From: Catajapyx aquilonaris
Taxonomy: Eukaryota
DNA: 64,000 bases
Direction of reading: 5' to 3'
NCBI GenBank assembly: GCA_000934665.2
Contig: KZ538236.1
Span: 1-64,000 of the forward strand
Shown here one piece after another: positions 12,107 through 21,700 of the stretch (position 1 is its first letter; each line of letters begins with the position of its first letter). The position numbers and the translations under genes are program-made. Below the pieces are notes generated by a model that was given only the letters and a program-made list of their open reading frames with translations, was not told the origin of the DNA and made no database searches.

Positions 12107-13966
12107 ATGGAAGGGATGGTGCAGCAGCAGCGGGCTTCTTCTTCCGGCGGAAGCAGCCCAGCTCTGTCTGTTGCTGCATACCATCACAACTGGGGTCCAT
12201 TCAGCTTCAGGGTAGGGACGATGGCGATGGCACTTCCTCTGGACTCCTGGGAGGTGGCGGCTCTTCAGGCCGGCTGCAACCTGCACGCGTCCAACTTCCG
12301 TCTGTGCGCCAGGAATGTCCGGGTCGCAATGGAGAGCTCGCAGCAGCAAGCAGCACCGGTGCCATCGTCATTCTCCGGATCGGCGTCGGCGTCGTCGGCG
12401 TCGTCCGGCGCTGCCACCGGAGCATGGACGCCCCTCCCCGTGCTGGGAGTGGCAGCGGCGCACCTGGCCCTGGCCTTCATGGCTCTCCTGCTCAACATCA
12501 TCGCCATAGTGTCCCTCTGGAGGACCACCAACGCAGGGATAGCCAAATCCACCTGTTGGATCCTCAGGTGAGCACAGCAGCGAAAGGGACACGCTCTGAT
12601 GGAACCGGTGGTGGCCTCACCTTCCGGAACAGGCGCTACCAACTTTGGCAAAAGTGGGGGCGGTCCAACAATACGAGGCTAGGGTTGCCGAGTAATCCAT
12701 TAAAAATGATAAGGTTAACCATCCTAGTGATTCACAGGTTCTGGGTAAAGGAGAACATCGCATGCATATGAAATCATCCTTCCTTTCAGTGAATAATTGC
12801 GTGGGCGAGTATCACAGTAGATAGGACAAATGTCGAGCTCAAATTGTGGTTGTTCGAGAGATATGCGCGATTACACATGTCATCCATTGTCCATTATTAG
12901 AGTCTGCGGGACGTATTTAGCTTAGGTTAGAGCTAGAGCCTCTCTATAATAGTAGAGGGGTATATAACGCAAGACTCGCTTTGCGAGGCAGGGGGGCTTC
13001 GCCCCCTCCCCCACCGTGGGGCTGCGCCCCACTTTTACTGCATGAGATATGTACCTCCTCGTCCTCAGGAGCCAGTCCGTGGCGCTGTCCCTCCAGTCCG
13101 TGGTGGCCATGTACGCCCAGGGCTACCTGACCCGATCGGTCCTGAGCTCGGACTTCCGCCTGGGGGCCGCCCTGGCCATGCAGTGCCTGATGGTCAACAG
13201 CCTGGCCTTCTGGCTGGCCACCACCCTGGCCCTCCACCTGCCCTCCATGGCCTTCGACCACGCGCTCAGGCTACTCAGGCCCAGGAGACACGCGTCTCTG
13301 AGCACCAGGCTGCTGGCTCCGTGGCTCCTGGCGCCCTGGGTCCTCGGCCTGGTGCTGGGGGCCGCTCCTCTGATGGGATGGCGCCAGTGCTGTCCTCCCG
13401 GCACCAGCGGCGCCTGCCTCATCTTCAGGCAGCACGACCACCACTTCCTGCAGCTGGTGGCCACCCTCTGCCTCGCCTCCGCCCTACTCGTGGCGCCCTG
13501 CATGGTCGCCTGCACCAAACTTGCGGCCAGGATGCGGGGGGACGCCCGGGACGCCTTCGCCCGAAAGAGCGACCAGGGCGGGATGGCCCCTGGGCTGGCC
13601 CCTAGCGTCCTGGCCCTGTGCGCCATCTACGCCCTCTGCTGGCTCCCTCTCCACCTGACCCTCCTGTTGGGCTGCCCCACCTGCCCCGCCCCTGAGCTGG
13701 CCTCGGGGCCCACCCCAGGGGCCATGTTCGCCCTGGCCCTCCTCTACGGCTCCCTGGCCCCCTCCCTGGTCTTCCTCAGGCTAGTCAGACGCCGACGCCA
13801 CCAGCGGAAGTGCCGCGTCTTCCTCCTCAGCGCAAAGCAGGTCACTCTCGCCCACTTCCAGTCAAATCAGGTCAAAAATAAATATTTTTTCTCTCCCTTA
13901 CAGGTGGCAGGCGACTTCGCTGTTCAAACGGCCAGCTTCATAGTTCCCGCCGCTCGAAGGTATTGA
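12107..13966 (+). CDS. Rhodopsin-like (class A) 7TM receptor, orphan, with degenerate activation motifs, ~431 aa
   Basis: Exons are 12107-12567 (AG|gtgagc), 13069-13840 and 13904-13966; the last intron is 63 nt, in frame and stop-free, so it may be retained. There are seven hydrophobic segments: TM1 LLLNII, TM3 C...MAFDHALRLLRP, TM4 PWVLG..APLMGW, ECL2 Cys, TM6 YALCWLP. The start could alternatively be ATG 12221. Confidence 0.8.
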
Positions 13967-15005
13967 TCTATCGACACGTGTCAATCAGGACGGATCAATT
14001 TAAAAAAATAATAACAATCGAAAAAGAAACAGGAGCTGTTCAGGTGAGCCTTTAAAAAAATCTTCAGCAAATTCATACATAGAATTGGTTATGCGTGACT
14101 CTGTCCCTATACGCGCGGTGACTCATCACCTAGGTGCATGTAATTGCCACGTGGAGTGGGCATATCGCACTACGTCCCAAGTGGTGGGGCGGGCTGGACG
14201 GTGTTGCCAAATTTTGTCAATGGTTAACTACTAGTTTGATATAGCTTACATGGAGATAAAATATTTCTTTTTGCAACTAATTCTATGTGTGAATTTTGCA
14301 GTTAGTGATGATCACGCAGCCTGCCAATTTTTTTGCAACGACAAAATAGACCTGGATGAACCCGATAAGCAGGTAGCAATTTATTATTTTCCATCCAATT
14401 TCAGCACAGTAATTATAAATAATTGTTGTTTTTTACTCTTAAAATGGTGCATAATTTGTGCAAAATTGACCAAAGCAGCAGGCTAACGACAATATTGTCA
14501 AAAATATTTCAGATTATGGTGTCACAACGGGCTCAGTACAAAGAGTCGCTTGTTGGCGAAAATAAAATTGTCGAGTGAAACGTAAGTAGCAATAACAATG
14601 CAAAATATGGCGATATTATGCATTACTTTTTTCCCCCCTTTCAATTTCAGGGCTCCTCACATCATCCTGTTTACATTACATGTTACGTACATGTCACGTA
14701 GGTCACTCCCAAGTACATTATTTCCACGGACTGAACTTCTGTGTGCCATCCGCAAGACAACATGGACAGTGCCAAAAAATTGTGTGCAATTTTTTAAATG
14801 GTTTTTTGCATAAAAAATATGAATCAACACTGCACACACTGTAATCCAAGTCAGATGCAAATAAAAGCTACTTCCTGCCCTTTTTTGGGGTTCAATTAAA
14901 TATGGCTCCAATTATCGCTCAATTATTCAACAGTACATGAAAAAGGTAAGTACAGTGTGTTTCGCAATTAATAAATGCTCAATTATTTAGCAGTAGGCCT
15001 ACATG

Positions 15006-15335
15006 TAGGGCTGTGCGAAATTTCGATATATCGACTGTCGATACGATATTTCGGTATATCGACTGTCGACACGATATTTCGACATATCGACTGTCGATAC
15101 GATATTTCGATATATCGACTGTCGATACGATATTTTCCTAATATCGAAATTGCTATATCCGACGCTTGTTATGTTCGATATATCGAATATCGTTTTTCGA
15201 TATTTTTCGATGTCGGTTTTCGATATTTGTCGATATTTTTCGATGTCGATTTTTTGATTTTCGATATATCGACTTCGATTCGATATTTTTAAGTATCGAA
15301 AGTCGATATGTAATTTCGAATATCGCACAGCCCTA
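15006..15335. mobile_element. Non-autonomous hAT-like MITE
   Basis: 13-bp TIRs TAGGGCTGTGCGA / TCGCACAGCCCTA are flanked by an 8-bp TSD (CCTACATG / CCTACGTG, 7 of 8 identical). The interior has ~29-bp tandem units rich in TCGA and CGATA. Confidence 0.85.
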
Positions 15336-15809
15336 CCTACGTGTACATCATTAAAACATCTTGGAAACACACATGACCTGTCATGCGCACCTAATCTGAC
15401 AAGTGACATTATTAGAACGACTTATGCTTATGACTGGAACAATGAATAGTCACAGGTCATGAATCACCCCAAAAAAATGTGAAGGGCGGTGCAGTATAAC
15501 CCCCCAAAAAATCGTCCTTGAAACTTTCAATGAACTTTCCCGTCCAAATAATTAAAATATTCGCGCAAATTGTTCCTGCAATAATTTTTCTTACTAATCA
15601 TCGAGGCGATGACCACACCACATGGTCGTTGACCCTTCCTCTGGCTGGTTGGGCACCGGACCGTGGCTGGTCCTTGACCCCAAAAAAGGGTAGGAGGAAC
15701 CCGCCCACCCTGTGCTGCAGGTGGATGGAAAAAAGAAGAAGAGTCGCATTCCACTGCTTCTTCATCACTACTACACCAGAGTTTGTGTTGCTGACGTACA
15801 CCACTAAAA

Positions 15810-18319
15810 ATGAGTGGTCATCTGTCCACCTTCGAGAGGGTGAGGGAGTCCTGCTTGACCTCAGGTCGCCTCTGGGAGGACCCCGAGTTTCCAGCAGAGC
15901 AGTCCTCAGTGTTCTACCACCAGACACCGCCATTCGCATTCAGCTGGAGGAGGCCGCCTGAGATAGACACCGCACCTCTCTTCTTCTCAGACGGAGCACC
16001 ATTCGACGTGGTGCCTGGAAAGCTAGGTGAGTACGGTAAGACATGCCATGGACATACCATATAAAACATTGGGACTGCAGGTGACAGGTGGCTGGTGTCC
16101 TGCTTGGGCAGCCTGCACTTGGCTCGTGGCCTGCTGTTCCGGGCGGCCCCTGCAGATCAGACCTTCAGCACTCCGGAGTACTGCGGTGCATTCCGGTTCA
16201 GGGTGTGGTGGTGCGGACGATGGGAAGAAGTTGTCGTCGACGACCGGCTTCCTACTTTATCCGGTCGCTTGGTGTTTGCTCACCACACACTGTCGACTCA
16301 GTTCTGGGCTCCGTTGCTGGAGAAAGCGTATGCCAAGCTGCATGGGTCGTACGAGGCGCTCAAGTACGGTAGTGCGCTTGACGGCCTCTCTGAGCTCACT
16401 GGAGGTGCCGCCGAAGCCATTGATGTCCGTGCGGATCCAACAGTGTTTGGACGGCTTCTGCCTGCACTCCTGGGTCGCACCTCGCTGTTGACATGTGTGG
16501 TGCGTCCGGATGAGGATGAGTCTGGGAATGTTGCAGCATCCGGAGCCAGGTTGGCCAGCGGTGTTCTTGTCGGGGTTGCGTACAGGCTGGAGGCACTGGA
16601 GAAGCTGGAGACTAGAACGGGCGACCATGTGACACTAGTGAGGTTGAGGTGCGCTTGTGGGCTGGACGGAGCGGCATACGGAGCGTGGTCTAATGGCTCG
16701 CTAGACTGGGAAACGCAAGGTACACAACATACAAGTACAGAGGGCAATACCAATCATCCTTTCATTTCCAGCCGCTCCCGGTGAACGTACACGGCTCATG
16801 CCTCCGCCTGGGTCCTTCTGGATGTCATACCAAAACTTTGTGCGGACCTTCTCCCATCTTGAGGTGTCCCACCTGGATGAGGAGACAGCGCACGGTGAGC
16901 CCTCACTCAGGAACCGCCGTCCGTGGCGCAGCTGCCTGTTCAGAGGCTGCTGGCGGAAGGGGGTGTCAGCTGGAGGATGCCGCCAGCATCTAGACTCCTT
17001 CCATCTCAACCCGCAAGTGCGGCTACAACTGCAAGGCAAGTTCACTCGTCACGCTTAATTTCGCCTCTAATGACTGTTCACATAGACTCAGGCGAGACGG
17101 AAGTGGTGGCGGCCCTACAGCAACATTGTGCGCAGGAACCCAAAGTGATAGGCTTCTCCATATTCCGACTGGAAGACGGTGCGTCCATGTGGGAAGCCCA
17201 GGGACGGAGCTTCCTCAGGAAAGCGAAGGCGGTGGCAACATCAGCATACGCAAACAGCAGGCAAGTCAGTGCAAGGTTGGTGCTGCCAAAAGGTGTCTTC
17301 TTGATGATTCCGACAACATACGAGGCAGGAAAAGAGGCCGGATTTACAATACGTGTCATGGCGGACTCCACGGCACATCTGAGGTCAGTTGATACAATCA
17401 GCTGCGAACTGGTGTCACCTTGAATATCCTGCAGGCTTCTGGACACAACGCCCAAGCTGCTGAGGCCGGTCATACTGAAAGCACCGCTCGAGGCCGAGTC
17501 CGGATTTGCGCAGTACGAAGCGGTGTTCCTGCAGCTTGCGGACGAGCAGCGGTCAGTCAGTGCGTTTGAGCTGCAGGAGCTTCTGGACGCCTGCCTGCCA
17601 AACGACTACATCAAGAGCTGTGCGACTCTCGAGGTCTGCCGACAGATCGTCATGGCACTGGGCGTATCCTTTTCATTCGGTGGTTGGATCCGAATGCAAT
17701 AATTACTTTTCCTAAACGGCATCAGTCAGAGGGGCGGCTTACATTCGGAGCGTTCAAGGATCTCCTCTGCAGCCTCAAGAACTGGCAAGCCGCATTCAAA
17801 AGCCAGTCCAAGGAGAAAACGGGTGTGTTACGGGCAGAACGGTTACGAGACGCCCTCCAGCAAGTTGGTAAGTCCAAAACATCTGCAACAATCGACTCAA
17901 CGTTACCGCCACATTTATCTACAGGTTTCCAGCTAAGCTCGGAAGTCCTTTCCCTGCTTCTACTGCGCCACATGAGAAAAGACGGGACCCTTCGCTTCGG
18001 GGACTTTGTTGCGGCAGTACTACACTTGGGGGCAGCGTTTGGTAAGGCAAAAAGACACATTTTAAGCTGACTGCAAAACGAGGGGGGAAAGGTTGACTCC
18101 CCTTTCTCCATAATTTTTATTTATCATTTTTTAAAAAATCCACAGGTGCATTTGACTCTGGTGTCAAAGAGGGAGACACCTCTGTGTTCACATTGTCCGA
18201 GGTAAATGTCCGTTTTTTTTATACACTAATAAAATTTTCTCCGTCCTCTTATTTTGAGCTTTTTAGTCACTTTTTTCACTTTGATGTCACAGTGGCTGCG
18301 GGCGGCTCTGACCTGCTGA
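15810..18319 (+). CDS. CalpC: Calpain-C (catalytically inactive classical calpain: CysPc, C2-like and penta-EF domains), ~662 aa
   Basis: Exons 15810-16026, 16081-16719, 16772-17035, 17086-17383, 17435-17663, 17726-17867, 17925-18041, 18146-18201 and 18293-18319 are all phase-consistent. Motifs include LWEDPEFPA, VVVDDRLP, FWAPLLEKAYAKLHGSYEAL, G.W..GVSAGGC and PTTYE. Catalytic triad positions read GDRW (C>R), GVAY (H>V) and RLRC (N>C). Confidence 0.92.
17036..17085 (+). other. Non-canonical GC-AG intron in CalpC
   Basis: Donor is CAAG|GCAAGT and acceptor is CATAG. The phase-1 join links two otherwise out-of-frame calpain domain III segments. Confidence 0.75.
17664..17725 (+). other. U12-type (minor spliceosome) GT-AG intron in CalpC
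   Basis: The 5' site is GTATCCTTT. A branch-site-like TTTTCCTAAAC (17707-17717) lies about 10 nt before the AG, with no polypyrimidine tract after it. The phase-0 join restores the EF-hand reading frame. Confidence 0.85.
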
Positions 18320-18784
18320 GCTCACATCGCATTTTAAAGGTCCTTCCCACGGGGCAGACATCGCTACCTCAACACTGCACGGCTCACGACGGCTCTTCAG
18401 TTTCCTGAAATGAAGACGTCAATGTCAAGTCGAGTGCAAGGAATGGAAAACACCAAATGAGCCTCAACAATCACCCGAGAAATTAGTTTGTACATTTCTA
18501 CATCAAGCACTTACAAATTTTTATAAATTCTAATGTTTAAAATATCTTAATGAGTTATTGCCTATCTCCAAGACATTCCCAAACTCTTACAGCTACTTTC
18601 ATGGAAACATTCAGGTGCTGGAACACTTCCTTTGCAAATGACGCAACTTGTACAGCCAAGCACAACTACTTGCGGCACTACAACAGCAGTGATAGTGTAA
18701 TGAACGGAATTGCGGCAAACCATCTCGTAACTTTTACGTTAAGACTATGGTCGAGTTGCGGGGGTTCAGTACATACGGGGAATG

Positions 18785-21700
18785 CTAGTAAATGGCTGCA
18801 CTCACAGGCTCTTCCCCTCCTGTGACACCTTCCAGTCTTGTAGTAGTAGCAGCAGTGAATTCCTCCAATTTCTCCTGCTCCTCCTCCTCTTCCCTCTCTC
18901 CGGCCTCTTCCGCTTCCTCCGCTCCCATCCCCGTAGGATTCCAGGAGGCAAAGTACCGGACGTCCCTGTCCGTGTCCCCCTGCAGCTCGTTCACGGCCTG
19001 CGTGAGGAGCTCGTGATGGGGGTTCTGCTCCGCCGAGAAGTACTCTGCAGGAGGAAGGATAATGTAGTCAATTCGCTTCATTCAAAGGTCTAAAAATGCA
19101 CGTACCTAATGGGAGAAGCTCCTGGGCAAGGACCCTGGCGACTGCAAGCCTGACGTTGGGCACCCTGTCCCACGTGAGGTCCAGAAGATGGGGAAGCACG
19201 TCTTGGGAGAACTGCGGGAGGGGAAGCGCCTTCTCCGCCACCAGCAGGGAGCACAGGCTGGTGAAGAGCTGCCGCCTGGCCCACCGTCCACTGTGGGCTA
19301 GTCGTTCGGCAAGGTCCGCCAGCAGTGCCCTCCCGCCACCCTGTGGAGGAGGCGGAGACACTGCCACGGCCCGTGTGACCAGGCGTAGTGCTGCTTGCCT
19401 GACTGCGGCCACCCTGTCTGCTAGTAACGCTAGTGCCAATGGAACCAGGTGCTTTTGGACCTCCGCTGGCGTGTACAGCTCAACAAGTGCCAGCAGCTGC
19501 TCGGCCAGCTCCATCCGGAAGCGCCAGTTACGTTCGTTGTCTGTCTTTAGGAAGTGCCCAAATCGGGGCAAGTACTCGCGACGCTGCTCTGGCCGCAACA
19601 GTCTGATGAAATCAGCCAGGTGGCGGAGGACGCCCACCCGAACTTCGTCTAAATCCTTCAAAAATTCGTCAAAAATTGGAACTAAATCGCGGGAAGCCAG
19701 CTCCTCCCCTAATATTAAGGCCAGTTCATGGATGCTAGCTGCCAGCGTGCGCCTGACTTTCCACTGCATGTCGGCAGCCAGCGCTCGGTAAGCACGGTGC
19801 AGCAAGGGCCAGTGGGGGCGTCCTAGGGTCATGGCAACTGCTGGGAGACTAAAGGCGCAGTGGCATGCTATCTCGTTGTCTACTGATTGCGCCTGACTCG
19901 GGTCGGTCATGGCCACAAAGTGGTCTATCAGGGGCTGCGGTACTACGTCTTGGCAGTGCAACAGTAAGGGTAGTGCAGGACGATGTACTGCCAGCACTGG
20001 AGGCTTCTCCACTGGCGGTACATCCAGACTGATGTCAGGAATTGGGTCGCGCCAGTACTGGAAGGCATTGAACTCAGCTCCACCTCTCGAGGGCACCAAG
20101 GGTCTGATCAACTCCTCCTCCAGCTCAGCAGTGTACGTGGCGGTCTTAACCATCTTCAGCTCCTCAGGCGCATCCTTCGTGTCCGCAAATGTGACTATAA
20201 ATGGTCCTAACGCATGGAACGCAGCTATCCGCACCCATCTCGACTCATCTTGCAACAGTCGTACAAAAGCTGGGGCTAGGGAGTTCCTGCGCCTTGCAGG
20301 TCGCACCACGCACGACATGGAAGTGAAAGCCTCGGCACACGCCTTGCGTACTTCCCACACATCATCCTCACACAGATCTAGGAACTGAGGTAACTGGAAT
20401 GAGACAAAAAAAATAATTATAAATGCATGAGTATGAGCGTGAAACTATCCCAAAAGAAGCAACTCACCAGTACTTCCTCTACAGCTTCGGCATTTACAAC
20501 TCCGCAGAGGTCACCCACGTTGGCCGCACAAACTTTCCGCACTGCCACGTGCTGGTCCGCACAAAGCGAAGCGAATCGCCGAAGGAACATCTGCTGGGTC
20601 AGGTGCTGTCCCACCAACGGCGCCAACTTGCTCAGCAGCTGAGGGGTTGGGAGTGAAGAAGGAATAAGTGGGGGTTGGAAGGAAGAAGAGGGGAAATTTG
20701 ACTTGAATCAAAACAAGTTTAACCGTATACTTTGCCAAACCAACAATGTTAATCACCACGGTAATATGCTGCTAACAGGTGACCCTACAACAATGCAAAT
20801 TGTCTAGCGATTTCGAATACTAGTGTTAAGGATAACATGCTACACTACAGATGATTATTATGAAAGGTTACAAAGTGGCATTCCAGATTTTCACGTATGA
20901 AACGCTTTCTCTAACAAAATGCTTGTTGCAATAAATTCTGGATTAACCAATCTGGTGGTGACTCCAGGCGTCCCAAAATTATTAGTAATTAAACGTTGCG
21001 TTTTTCACTGTACGAAGTCACCTGTCAGCAGCCCCCAACTGCATTGCCACTACTTAAAACGTGCAACATGCAAATTTCTGGAAGTTGCAATGGAAGACGC
21101 GTGTATGGACGTATCCGTGTCGCTCATCAAAGCTGGCTGTGATATGATGCCAATATGCACACATCAGAGCCACCTTGACGAGCAACACAGCTCACGTTTT
21201 TTTTTATTTTCACCAAGGACGACGGCACTCAGGAACGTTACATTGTGGGGGCAAAGTGTATGTGTGTCTGTGTATGTGGAGCCGGCACCGCTCATCAAAG
21301 CTGGCTGTGATATGCTGCCACGGCACATACGACAGCCACTTTGTGAGCAGCACTCGGCCCCCCTTCCCTCATGGAAAAACTCCTAATGTCATCCGAATGT
21401 TTAGGCGGGGGAGATGCAAGCCCCCGAGGCGCAACTCGTCAAAAATGGCTGTGATATGATCACACATGTCCACACACCGCAGCCACTTTGACGGGAGCAC
21501 CTCGGGACTTCACCTGGAAAATCAAGACACAATCGTTCCCCACAAAAACCACAGAGATGTCGAGAAGCATTTGGTCAGCCGGCCACTGAACTGATGCATG
21601 CTGATTATTAGTTCAAATTGAAGGACCATTCAGCGGGAGTCAGGTTATTAATGAACGACTCAGAATCACATAGCATGAGCTAAATTTGGGGAGTAGTTTC

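Noticed and set aside
14975..15409. ORFs rich in ISIYR/RY repeats
   Set aside because: These are translations of the MITE's internal tandem repeats.
19096..19791. 231-aa plus-strand ORF
   Set aside because: Antisense shadow of the GC-rich PPP4R1 exon.
20919..21386. 155-aa ORF with repeated LIKAGCDM peptide, and a possible CRISPR-like reading of the spaced repeats
   Set aside because: The repeats are antisense copies of mature miR-2. Spacing is irregular, there are no cas genes, and the DNA is eukaryotic.
21571..21630. Possible seventh hairpin within the miRNA cluster
   Set aside because: Only a ~9-bp stem with large internal loops and no recognisable mature sequence.
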